This document shows, piece after piece, positions 26,903 to 35,469 of a stretch of 64,000 bases of DNA. The notes below the pieces were generated by a model that saw nothing but the letters and a program-made list of their open reading frames with translations, searched no databases and was not told where the DNA came from. The stretch's first letter is position 1. Every line of letters starts with the position of its first letter. The stretch is from an uncultured Thermomicrobia bacterium. Lineage in GTDB: Bacteria; Chloroflexota; Chloroflexia; Thermomicrobiales; JALYUS01. The stretch is taken from the NCBI GenBank assembly GCA_937968015.1, contig CALBSO010000059.1:14075-78074 (forward strand), written 5' to 3'. The position numbers were made by a program, and so were the translations under genes.

Positions 26903-27820
26903 CTATCTGCGTCGCAACCGCGGATCGAGGGCGTCGCGCAGGCCGTCCCCCATCAGATTGAAGGCGAGGACGGTAACGAAGATCGCCATGCCGGGGAAGA
27001 GCGTCAGCCACCACGCGCCGTTCAAGAGTTCCGTCTGCCCCTGTTGCAGCATGTTGCCCCAACTGGGCGTCGGGATCTGCACGCCGAGGCCGAGGTAGGA
27101 GAGCGCCGCTTCCAGGAGGATCGCATAGGAGAGCCAGAGCGTTGCCTCGACGATGATGACGGCGAGTGTGTTCGGGAAGAGATGCCGCCGGATGATCTGC
27201 GATGGCGTCGCGCCGATTGCCCGTGCCGCCGTGACGAACTCCTGATTCCGCAGCGAGAGGAACTGGCCGCGCACGAGCCGCGCCGCGCCCGGCCACGAGG
27301 TGAGGCCGATGACGATCACCGTCGTCTGCAAACTCGCCTTGAAGAGCGCGGCGGCGGAGATCAGCAGCAGAATCTGCGGGATGGATAAGAGAATATCGGT
27401 GAAGCGCATGATCAGCGCATCCACCCAGCCGCCGAAAAAGCCGGCGATCGCACCGAGCGCCGTGCCGACGCTCATGATAATCAGCACGGCGGTAAACCCG
27501 ACGCTGAGCGAAACCCGCGCCCCGACGATCAGACGCGCATAGACATCCCGCGTGTTCCGGTCCGTCCCGAGCCAGTGCTCGGCGCTGGGCGGCTTGGAGC
27601 GAAAGCCCGCATTCTGGATATTCGCGTCATAGCGCGAGATCAGCGGCGCGGCGACGGCGATCGCGTACATCAGCGCGATGACGATCAGCCCCGCTACCGC
27701 CAGTTTGTTCTCGCGGAAGCGGCGCAAGACGACGCTCCGGCGTGGTTGCACCGTCGCGAGTCCGCGTTCCTCGGCATTGAGTGCGAACGGCTGCCGTGAG
27801 ACATCGGTGGTCTGTGACAT
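26903..27820 (-). CDS. Peptide/nickel-type ABC transporter permease (DppC/OppC family)
   Basis: N-terminal OppC-type region plus the EAA-loop region (EFVTAARAIGATPSQII). Confidence 0.85.
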   Translation of the reverse strand: MSQTTDVSRQPFALNAEERGLATVQPRRSVVLRRFRENKLAVAGLIVIALMYAIAVAAPLISRYDANIQNAGFRSKPPSAEHWLGTDRNTRDVYARLIVGARVSLSVGFTAVLIIMSVGTALGAIAGFFGGWVDALIMRFTDILLSIPQILLLISAAALFKASLQTTVIVIGLTSWPGAARLVRGQFLSLRNQEFVTAARAIGATPSQIIRRHLFPNTLAVIIVEATLWLSYAILLEAALSYLGLGVQIPTPSWGNMLQQGQTELLNGAWWLTLFPGMAIFVTVLAFNLMGDGLRDALDPRLRRR

Positions 27821-27833
27821 CGCTGCTCCTCAG

Positions 27834-27938
27834 AACGAAGTAACGAGTAACGAGTAACGAGTCGAAAGTAAAAAGTCCAAAGTAACAAGTAACAAGGTGG
27901 CGCTACGTCGCTTCTTTCTTCTTGTTCCTCGTTACGCG
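27834..27938. repeat. Nine phased heptads (AACGAAG TAACGAG x3 TCGAAAG TAAAAAG TCCAAAG TAACAAG x2) plus a partial complementary arm
   Basis: 27834..27896 is a strict 7-nt register ending in AG. 27909..27938 (CTTCTTTCTTCTTGTTCCTCGTTACGCG) is partly complementary. It occupies the whole dppB-dppC-like spacer. Confidence 0.8.
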
Positions 27939-28919
27939 TCAACCGCCCGCCGCGCCCTGTCCTGAGAGCGAGACGCGCGGATCAACCAACACGTAGACGA
28001 AATCAATCAGGATATTGACGAAGATCACGAACGCCCCCGCGACCATCGTCACGCCGAGGATAACCGGGTAATCGCGCCGGGTGATCGCATCGTACGCGAG
28101 CAAGCCCAATCCCGGCCACGCGAAAATCTGCTCGATGATCACCGCGCCGCCGAGGACACGCGAGATTTGCAACCCGGAAACCGTCACCATCGGAATCAGG
28201 GCATTGCGTAGCCCGTGCCGATAGAGGACGGCGCGATTGGATAATCCCTTCGCTCGCGCGCTCGTCATGTAATCCTGCCGCATCACTTCGAGCATCGCCG
28301 AGCGCATGAAGCGTGCGAAATAGGCAATGGACGGCAGCGCAAGGACGATCACCGGCATGACGAAGAACTTGATCCGCCCTGGGAAGGGCGCTTGCGCCTG
28401 CCCGGTGCTGATCGTCGGCAGCCAGTGCAGCTGGACGCTGAGGTAGAGTTGCAAGAGGAGCGCGAGCCAGAAATTCGGGATGGCGAGGCCGATGAATGAG
28501 CCGACCGTCGTCGAATTGTCGAGCCAACTGTACTGCCGTGTGGCGGAGAGGATACCGAGGGGAATGGCGATCAGCAGGGCAAGCGCGAGTGAGATGCCCT
28601 GCAAGACGACCGTCGCGCCGATCCGGCTACCGATCAGTTCGAGGACGGGTTTGCTGTTGAAGGTATAGGCCGTGCCGAGATCGCCGCGCACGAGCCGACC
28701 GAGATACCGGGCATACTGCACGGGCAGGGGCTGATCGAGGCCGAGGTTGTGGCGCGCCTGCTCGATGAAGGATGGGTCGGCATTGCCTTCCGCAATGAAG
28801 GCGCGAACCGGATCGCCGGGTGCGAGATGGATGAGCGCGAACATGACGATCGAGAGCCCGATCAAGAGTGGGATGACAATCAGCACCCGGCGAATCATGT
28901 ACTGCCCGATATTGCCCAT
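27939..28919 (-). CDS. Peptide/nickel-type ABC transporter permease (DppB/OppB family)
   Basis: MIRRVLIVIPLLIGLSIVMF..., EAA loop DYMTSARAKGLSNRAVLYRHGLRNA. Confidence 0.85.
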   Translation of the reverse strand: MGNIGQYMIRRVLIVIPLLIGLSIVMFALIHLAPGDPVRAFIAEGNADPSFIEQARHNLGLDQPLPVQYARYLGRLVRGDLGTAYTFNSKPVLELIGSRIGATVVLQGISLALALLIAIPLGILSATRQYSWLDNSTTVGSFIGLAIPNFWLALLLQLYLSVQLHWLPTISTGQAQAPFPGRIKFFVMPVIVLALPSIAYFARFMRSAMLEVMRQDYMTSARAKGLSNRAVLYRHGLRNALIPMVTVSGLQISRVLGGAVIIEQIFAWPGLGLLAYDAITRRDYPVILGVTMVAGAFVIFVNILIDFVYVLVDPRVSLSGQGAAGG

Positions 28920-28922
28920 CTA

Positions 28923-29068
28923 CCTAATCCCCCGGCCCCTTCCCGCGGGTGCCCTTTGGCAGGAGGAAGGGGGAGTGCGCCTCGACAAGAATCGCGATGG
29001 ATCGCAAGACACCACGCTCCGAATGATTCAAACCCCCTCCCGATATGGGAGGGGGCAGGGGTGGGTAG
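28923..29068. repeat. C-rich/G-rich terminal-inverted-repeat element (CCTAATCCCCCGG...GGCAGGGGTGGGTAG) between the binding-protein and permease genes
   Basis: Spans almost the entire spacer between the stop at 29075 and the start at 28919. Holds a variant box CGCGGGTGCCCTTTGGCAG and the hairpin CCCCCTCCCGATATGGGAGGGGG. Confidence 0.75.
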
Positions 29069-29074
29069 TCCGCC

Positions 29075-30913
29075 TTACCCCTTGAGGTAGATGTTCTCCA
29101 GAGTGTAGAAGACACCCTCTTCAAGAATGCTGTCGGTATACCCCGCGAACTTCGACTTGATCACATGGAGGAAGGGGCGATACCAAGCGGAATACGTCGG
29201 GAGATCGTCGTTCAGAATCTGTTGCACCTGCTTATAGAGCACCTTTTGTTGCTCTATATCCAGTGTCTGGATCGCCTGTTTGAGAATCGTATCCAGTTGC
29301 GGATTGCTGTAATTGCTGTAGTTCTCGGACTGCCCCGTCCCGAACTGCAAATACAACTCGCCCGGATCAACAGTGACCCCGGTGAAGACAACCCCGTCTA
29401 CCTGGAAGTCCTTCTTGGTCACGCGGTCCACGAGCGTTGCGTACTCAATCGCCTGCGCGTTGATTTTCCAGCCGATCTTCGCCAGTTGCGCCTGTGTGTA
29501 GGTGAGGAAATCCTCCCGCAGGACGTTCCCCTTATTGACGATGAACTCGATTCCATCCGGCGGCGTACCCGCTTGCTTGATGAGCGCCTGCGCCTTATTC
29601 AGATCGTATGGGATCGGCTGGAGCGTCTTATCAAAGGCATAGTTGCCGGGCGCGATGGGACCCACGCCGGGCTTGCCGAGGCCGTAGAGTGAGTCCTTGG
29701 CGAACTGCGTCATGTCCAGCGCGTAGGCAACTGCTTGCCGCACCTCTTTCTTCGCCAGATAGGGGTTCTTGGCATTGAAGTACCAGCCGTCCGGCGAGGA
29801 GAAGGGAGGGATGAGGACGCTCAAATCCTTGTTCGCCTTCAGTTTGTCCGCACCGGCCGGGCTGGGATAGATCGAGCCGTCAATGTCACCGGAGAGTAGG
29901 GAATTGACGAGGCTCTGCGCGTCCGGGATGGTGCGGTGCGTGAACTTGTCGAGATACGGGAGGCCCTTCTGATAGTAGTTCGGGTTGCGCTGCGCCACGA
30001 AGTCCCCACCGACGTTCCAGGAGACGAAGACGAACGGTCCCGCGCCGACCGGCTTCTGGAAGAACGGTTCCTTCGAGGCCTTCGAGAGGTCTTTGCCCTC
30101 CAGCAACTTCTTCGGGACGGGGCTGACGTAACGCATGTTCAGCAGGAACGAGGCGTCCGGTGTGGCAAGGGTGACGACGAGATTCTTCGCGTCCACCACC
30201 TTGATTCCCGCGACATCGGGCGCGGAGCCGGCCGTGTACTCTTTCGCGCCTTGAATCGAGGCAAGCTTCGATGCCTTCGGGCTGGCGGTCGCTTTGGCGA
30301 GGATGCCCTTCATCGTGAAGGCGACATCGTCTGCCGTCACATCGCTGCCGTCCGAGAACTTGGCGTCCTGCAAGGTGAAGGTGAAGGTGTTTCCGGCGAT
30401 CTTCCACGACTTCGCGAGCGCGGGCACGGGGGCGAAGGTCTCCGGATTGAGGTCCACGAGCACATCAAAGAGCATCCTCACGCGCCAGATACTCTCAGAG
30501 TCGTTGGAGGCGAAGGGGTTGATCGTGCTCGCCTCACCGAGGGTGCCGATCAGGATGCTGCCGCCCGGTTTGCCCTGTCCGGTGGCCGCACTCGCCGCAG
30601 TCGTCGGCGCGGCGGCTGATCCGGTCGTACTCGCGGCAGTCGCGACGGCGGGCGCAGTCGCCGCGGTCGTGCCGGTCGTCGCGGCAGCGGGCTTCGTCGC
30701 GGCGGCACTACCGGCTGCAGTGGTTGGCGCGCCACCGGCGGCGGCCGTCGGTGCGGTCGTTGGGGCAGTCGTCGGTTTGGCCGCCGGGGTATTGGTCGCC
30801 GTGCTGCCACCGCAGGCGGCGAGGATGGCGGCAGTCGCGCTGGCTGTGACACCACCGAGGAAGCCGCGCCGGGAAAGGGCCCGTCGTTTCATCTCATCCA
30901 CCAGGTCTGCCAA
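29075..30913 (-). CDS. ABC transporter substrate-binding lipoprotein, family 5 (peptide/nickel type), copy 1
   Basis: SRRGFLGG twin-arginine motif and LAACGG lipobox, an A/T-rich linker, then the SBP_bac_5 fold. TTG 30913 or ATG 30892 is the start. Confidence 0.85.
   Translation of the reverse strand: MADLVDEMKRRALSRRGFLGGVTASATAAILAACGGSTATNTPAAKPTTAPTTAPTAAAGGAPTTAAGSAAATKPAAATTGTTAATAPAVATAASTTGSAAAPTTAASAATGQGKPGGSILIGTLGEASTINPFASNDSESIWRVRMLFDVLVDLNPETFAPVPALAKSWKIAGNTFTFTLQDAKFSDGSDVTADDVAFTMKGILAKATASPKASKLASIQGAKEYTAGSAPDVAGIKVVDAKNLVVTLATPDASFLLNMRYVSPVPKKLLEGKDLSKASKEPFFQKPVGAGPFVFVSWNVGGDFVAQRNPNYYQKGLPYLDKFTHRTIPDAQSLVNSLLSGDIDGSIYPSPAGADKLKANKDLSVLIPPFSSPDGWYFNAKNPYLAKKEVRQAVAYALDMTQFAKDSLYGLGKPGVGPIAPGNYAFDKTLQPIPYDLNKAQALIKQAGTPPDGIEFIVNKGNVLREDFLTYTQAQLAKIGWKINAQAIEYATLVDRVTKKDFQVDGVVFTGVTVDPGELYLQFGTGQSENYSNYSNPQLDTILKQAIQTLDIEQQKVLYKQVQQILNDDLPTYSAWYRPFLHVIKSKFAGYTDSILEEGVFYTLENIYLKG
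29666..30234. repeat. 569-nt tract identical to 31745..32313 (copy A)
   Basis: Manual alignment at an offset of 2079 nt shows no mismatch across the tract. The flanks diverge immediately (CACGCC versus AATGCC on one side, GCCGTG versus GCCGCG on the other). Confidence 0.85.
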
Positions 30914-31109
30914 TGCTTTCTCCCTTCATCACTCGTGCCAGCACGCGTCCGTGTCCACCGGTCGCATCGTGCGGCCTCCCACGATGCCGCTTGCACAACA
31001 TTCGCCCGCTCGCACTCTTGTTCTCTGGACGCGTGACGCGGTCGCAGTCCTGTGCTGGCTTCATCGCGCCCCGGTTGTAGCACCGGCGGTATCGTCTGTC
31101 AATCAAGGG

Positions 31110-31151
31110 GAAGTTCGGAGTTTGGAGGAAGCGCTTCGAACTCCGAACTTC
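31110..31151 (-). terminator. Perfect 13-bp hairpin GAAGTTCGGAGTT-N16-AACTCCGAACTTC just after the stop of binding-protein copy 2
   Basis: Begins 3 nt downstream of the stop at 31154..31156 on the minus strand. It could act as a terminator or mRNA-stabilising hairpin between the paralogs. Confidence 0.5.
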
Positions 31152-31153
31152 TT

Positions 31154-32974
31154 TTACCCGTTGATGTACATTCTCTCCATCTCGTAGAAGAGGCCGCCCG
31201 TGTCCGCGCTGTCCGTGTAACCGGCGAACTTCTTCTTGATGACATGGAGGAAGGGGCGATACCAGGCGAAGTGGAAGGGCACGTCCTCCATGATAATCGC
31301 CTGAATCTGCTTGTAGAGCGGCACTTGCTTTTGCGGGTCGAGTTCCTGTTTCGCCTGCTTCAGCAGCGGGTCCAGTTGCGGGTTGCTGTAGTTCCCGTAG
31401 TTGCGCGCCGATCCGGTCGTGAACTGGTCGTACAGTTCGCCCGGATCAACCAGGATACCCACCGAGTTCACGCCCTCGACATCGAAGTCCTTTTTCAGCA
31501 CCCGGTCAATCAGTGTCGCGAACTCGATCGCTTCCGGCTTGATCTTCCAACCGATCTTGTCGAGTTGCGCCTGTGTATACGTGAGGAAATCCTCGCGCAG
31601 CACGTTTCCCTTGTTCGTGGTGAAGGAGATGTCCGTTGGGGGCGGGCCTGCCTGTTTGAAGAGCGCCTTGGCCTTGTCGAGATCGTACGGGTAGGGCTTC
31701 AGGTCTTTGTCGAAGGCGAAGTTGCCGGGCGCGATGGGGCCAATGCCGGGCTTGCCGAGGCCGTAGAGTGAGTCCTTGGCGAACTGCGTCATGTCCAGCG
31801 CGTAGGCAACTGCTTGCCGCACCTCTTTCTTCGCCAGATAGGGGTTCTTGGCATTGAAGTACCAGCCGTCCGGCGAGGAGAAGGGAGGGATGAGGACGCT
31901 CAAATCCTTGTTCGCCTTCAGTTTGTCCGCACCGGCCGGGCTGGGATAGATCGAGCCGTCAATGTCACCGGAGAGTAGGGAATTGACGAGGCTCTGCGCG
32001 TCCGGGATGGTGCGGTGCGTGAACTTGTCGAGATACGGGAGGCCCTTCTGATAGTAGTTCGGGTTGCGCTGCGCCACGAAGTCCCCACCGACGTTCCAGG
32101 AGACGAAGACGAACGGTCCCGCGCCGACCGGCTTCTGGAAGAACGGTTCCTTCGAGGCCTTCGAGAGGTCTTTGCCCTCCAGCAACTTCTTCGGGACGGG
32201 GCTGACGTAACGCATGTTCAGCAGGAACGAGGCGTCCGGTGTGGCAAGGGTGACGACGAGATTCTTCGCGTCCACCACCTTGATTCCCGCGACATCGGGC
32301 GCGGAGCCGGCCGCGTACTCCTTCGCGCCCTGGATCGAAATTAATCTCGTTTGCTGTGGGCTGGCGGTCGCTTTGGCGAGGATGCCCTTCATCGTGAAGG
32401 CGACATCGTCCGCCGTCAGATCGCTTCCATCGCTGAACTTTGCGCCGTCTTGCAAGGTGAAGGTGAAGGTCAGGCCGTCAATCTTCCAGGATTTGGCGAG
32501 GCCCGCCTTTGGCTCGAAGGTGTCCGGCTTGAGGCGCACCAACTGGTCGAAGAGCATCTTAATACGCCATGACCCCTCGGAGTCGCTGTTGATGAACGGG
32601 TTGATCGAACTCGCCTCACCGAGGGTGCCGATCAGGATGCTGCCGCCCGGCTTGCCCTGTCCGGTGGCCGCCACACTCGCCGCGGTCGTCGGCGCGGCGG
32701 CTGATCCCGACGTGGTCGCAGAGGTGGCGACGGCGGGCGCGGCCGTCGCGCCGGTCACGCTACTCGCGGGCTTCGTCGCGGCAGCGGGAGCGGTGGTCGG
32801 AGCGCCGCCCGCTGCCGCTGTTGGTGCGGTCGTGGCGGGCTTCGGTGTGTCGGTCGCCGTGCTGCCACCGCAGGCGGCGAGGATGGCGGCAGCCGCGCCG
32901 GCTGTGACACCACCGAGGAAGCCGCGCCGCGAGTAGCCTGGTCGTTTACTCATCGGTTTGCGTTGGTCTTCCAT
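31154..32974 (-). CDS. ABC transporter substrate-binding lipoprotein, family 5, copy 2
   Basis: Same architecture as copy 1 (SRRGFLGG, LAACGG). GAGGAG precedes ATG 32974. Confidence 0.85.
   Translation of the reverse strand: MEDQRKPMSKRPGYSRRGFLGGVTAGAAAAILAACGGSTATDTPKPATTAPTAAAGGAPTTAPAAATKPASSVTGATAAPAVATSATTSGSAAAPTTAASVAATGQGKPGGSILIGTLGEASSINPFINSDSEGSWRIKMLFDQLVRLKPDTFEPKAGLAKSWKIDGLTFTFTLQDGAKFSDGSDLTADDVAFTMKGILAKATASPQQTRLISIQGAKEYAAGSAPDVAGIKVVDAKNLVVTLATPDASFLLNMRYVSPVPKKLLEGKDLSKASKEPFFQKPVGAGPFVFVSWNVGGDFVAQRNPNYYQKGLPYLDKFTHRTIPDAQSLVNSLLSGDIDGSIYPSPAGADKLKANKDLSVLIPPFSSPDGWYFNAKNPYLAKKEVRQAVAYALDMTQFAKDSLYGLGKPGIGPIAPGNFAFDKDLKPYPYDLDKAKALFKQAGPPPTDISFTTNKGNVLREDFLTYTQAQLDKIGWKIKPEAIEFATLIDRVLKKDFDVEGVNSVGILVDPGELYDQFTTGSARNYGNYSNPQLDPLLKQAKQELDPQKQVPLYKQIQAIIMEDVPFHFAWYRPFLHVIKKKFAGYTDSADTGGLFYEMERMYING
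31745..32313. repeat. 569-nt tract identical to 29666..30234 (copy B)
   Basis: See copy A. Confidence 0.85.
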
Positions 32975-33199
32975 GCCTGTCTCCTCTCATCACGTCAGGT
33001 GCATAACGGATCAGTTGTTCGTGGGTCCCATCCGCAGACGGACGGATGCGCTGTTGGCGCGTGCCACCTTGCGTCTGGAGAGACAAACAAGGTAGTGTCT
33101 ATGCGGTTTTTGCCTCACATGACTTGTATCATCCGGCGGGATGTGCTGTCAATCAGGGTGCAGACAGCGGGATGCAGGTTCCGCGAACGGCCAACTCGT

Positions 33200-33940
33200 T
33201 CACGCTGTCAGCGTCGTGATGCAGCCCGCGATGGCGGCGAGCGCGAAGGCGAGATAAAGGAAAAACCGATCCGGCAAACGCCCGCCGAGCGTGGTGCCGA
33301 GCGCGTTACCGAGGAGTGCGCCGGGTATCCAGATGAGGGCGGTCGGGATCAGCGCGCGCGGTACGAAGACGCCCCGCGCAGCGAGCAGGAGAAGCCCAAT
33401 CGTGTTGGAGAAGGCGAAGTATACGGCGAGATCGGCCTGGAAGCTGCGGGGGCTGGAACGGTCCCGCGCGAGGAGGATGGCGGGCGGGACGCCATTGAGC
33501 GAGGTCGTCGCGCCGAGCACACCGCCGAGCCACCCCGCGATGATTGGCGCACCCGGAATGCGCGGCGGTGGCGGGCGGTTCATCGCGCGGATCTGGAGAA
33601 GCGTCGCGACGATGATCGTGACCCCGGCGAACCGTTTGAGGAACGTCACATCCACCCAACCGAGCAGCACCGTCCCGCAATAGAGGCCGGGGATGCTGCC
33701 GAGAACGAGCCACGCGGGCCGGCGTAGCGAGACGTGTTCCCGCAGGCGCACCGCCGTCACTGCGCGTGTGACGAGGACGGTCGCGAGGTTGATGACCACG
33801 ACCCAGCGCAGGGGCAGCCCAAGAAGCAGAAGCGTCGGTGTGGAGAGGAGCGACGCGCCAAACCCGGTGACGCCGCCGAGGATCGCCGTCAGGAACATCG
33901 TCAGGCCACCGAGCAGATAGATCGCCAGGCTGATACTCAA
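33200..33940 (-). CDS. TauE/SafE-family (DUF81) anion exporter
   Basis: Seven to eight TM helices. ILGGVTGFGASLL and GGVLGATTSLNGVP motifs repeat in the two halves. Confidence 0.8.
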   Translation of the reverse strand: MSISLAIYLLGGLTMFLTAILGGVTGFGASLLSTPTLLLLGLPLRWVVVINLATVLVTRAVTAVRLREHVSLRRPAWLVLGSIPGLYCGTVLLGWVDVTFLKRFAGVTIIVATLLQIRAMNRPPPPRIPGAPIIAGWLGGVLGATTSLNGVPPAILLARDRSSPRSFQADLAVYFAFSNTIGLLLLAARGVFVPRALIPTALIWIPGALLGNALGTTLGGRLPDRFFLYLAFALAAIAGCITTLTA

Positions 33941-34038
33941 AGCCTCTCCTTCACACGCGCCATATTCCCAAAATCGCCGGTTCGCCTGGGCAGCCCGCCG
34001 AAAGATGAAACCAAACGAGTCGCGTTCGCCTCATCCCT

Positions 34039-34956
34039 TTAGGCACGCGCGGCCCAGCCGGGGGCGTCGGGAATATCCTGGATGCGGACGCCATGCGGAT
34101 CGAGCAGCATTGTGAAGGCGTGCCCTTGCGGCACGATCAGCGTGCGGGTTGGTAAGGTCGTCACGTCCGGCTCCGTGCCACTGAAGAGGTCAACGAGCGC
34201 CCACGGGCGAACATATCCCGCAAGCGTGGGGAGCGACGGGGAATTCGGTGCGATAAAGAGTGTCGGGCCGATCAGCCGCGCGAAGCCGGGGAGGGTCGCG
34301 TCCGGCGCGCCTAGGGCGATGAGGAGGCTTGCCCCGCCGTTCGAGAGGCGCAGATAGCCGCCGGGAGCTGCGCCGGTTTCCGGATCGGCGGGTGTCTGCG
34401 GCGCACGCGTGCCGTGGCTCGGTTTCGGCGCTTTGGCGGGCAATTTCAACGGGATGCCGTCCGGCGCTTCGGGGGTGATCAAGTCGAGCGTCGCGCCCCG
34501 GGCGAGGGGAATTGTCGCGTGTCCCCATAATCGCTCAGGGACGTGTCCGCGGTCGAGCGCGGCAAGTTGCCACGGATCGTAGCGGGCGGGCGGCTTCGTG
34601 CCGGGGCCACCGAGTTCAATCACTCTGCCAACTGCCGTTCGCCGCACGAGTTCCGTCGCGCCCGGCAGATGGTCGCGGAACGGTGGGGGTAGCACCAGCA
34701 TATCCACGCGCCGGTCCCACGGCCATGTGCGCTCGCTGAATGCCCGTAGGGCCGCATCCGTCCCGCCACCACCGACGATGATCCGCCGCCCGTCATCATC
34801 TTCGATCAGGTAGGTGATCGCGTCGCCCACCGGCAGGACGGTGATGCGCGCCGGGCCGCTCGGGCGACTGACGCCGATACCGAAGGAGAGTGCGACCGCG
34901 AGCGCCGCGACAAAGACGAGCGCGTTCTGTGCCCATTGCGACCGCACCCACCGCAT
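34039..34956 (-). CDS. Membrane-anchored protein with a degenerate ComEC-type metallo-beta-lactamase-like fold
   Basis: N-terminal TM helix, then ITVLPVGDAITYLIEDDDGRRIIVGGGG...DMLVLPPPFRDHLPG. The layout is ComEC C-domain-like, but the HxHxDH metal motif is replaced (PFRDH). Start at MRWVRSQW. Confidence 0.4.
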   Translation of the reverse strand: MRWVRSQWAQNALVFVAALAVALSFGIGVSRPSGPARITVLPVGDAITYLIEDDDGRRIIVGGGGTDAALRAFSERTWPWDRRVDMLVLPPPFRDHLPGATELVRRTAVGRVIELGGPGTKPPARYDPWQLAALDRGHVPERLWGHATIPLARGATLDLITPEAPDGIPLKLPAKAPKPSHGTRAPQTPADPETGAAPGGYLRLSNGGASLLIALGAPDATLPGFARLIGPTLFIAPNSPSLPTLAGYVRPWALVDLFSGTEPDVTTLPTRTLIVPQGHAFTMLLDPHGVRIQDIPDAPGWAARA

Positions 34957-34992
34957 CCCGCCCCACCCTTCCGGCAGATTGACAAACCAAAC

Positions 34993-35135
34993 GAACCGCA
35001 AAGGTACAAAGGACGCAGAGGACACAAAGACGCAAAGAAGAAGGAGGATGAAAAGAGTGTTTACCTATCTATCATAAAAGACTGTAGCGGTTCTCGTATA
35101 CCCATTCTTGTTTCTCTTCGCGCTCTTTGCGGTTC
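34993..35135. repeat. 11-bp perfect inverted repeat (GAACCGCAAAG...CTTTGCGGTTC) flanking CAAAG-rich repeats and an AT-rich core
   Basis: Left arm 34993..35003 is followed by GTACAAAG GACGCAGAG GACACAAAG ACGCAAAG. Right arm is 35125..35135. The core 35041..35105 is far below window GC. Confidence 0.6.
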
Positions 35136-35172
35136 AGTCGCTCTCCTCCCGCTGCCATCGCGGGCGAATGTC

Positions 35173-35469
35173 CTATCCCAGTAGCCGGATCAGGAGGAAG
35201 GTTCCCACCCCCGTGCCGATGACGAGCGGCATCCGGCCCGCCGTGCGCCAGGCGACGAGCGCCGCAACGAAGCCCGCTGCCAGTTCCGGCCCGACCGTGA
35301 TCTGCCCGTGTGGCCGCAGCAGGCCGGGCACGGCGAGGGCGGCGAAAAGCGTGATGGGAACATATGCCAGCCCGCGCGCCAACCAAGGCGGGAACCGCCA
35401 TCGCGTTACCAGCATCGTGGCCCGGAGCGCGTAACTGACCGCGCTCATGCCGAGAATCGTCAGCCACAT
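35173..35469 (-). CDS. azlD: Branched-chain amino acid transport protein AzlD
   Basis: 98-aa hydrophobic protein MWLTILGMSAVSYALRA.... Its start overlaps the azlC stop by 10 nt. Confidence 0.75.
   Translation of the reverse strand: MWLTILGMSAVSYALRATMLVTRWRFPPWLARGLAYVPITLFAALAVPGLLRPHGQITVGPELAAGFVAALVAWRTAGRMPLVIGTGVGTFLLIRLLG

Noticed and set aside
27834-27896. Heptad arrays considered as a CRISPR array or coding tandem repeats
   Set aside because: The units are 7 nt with no spacers and no cas genes. The 7-nt period cannot maintain a reading frame. I treated them as structural repeats instead.
35048-35077. Mini-ORF MKRVFTYLS in the AT-rich core
   Set aside because: The AAGGAGG abuts the ATG with no spacer. 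At nine codons and with no supporting context, it is more likely chance.
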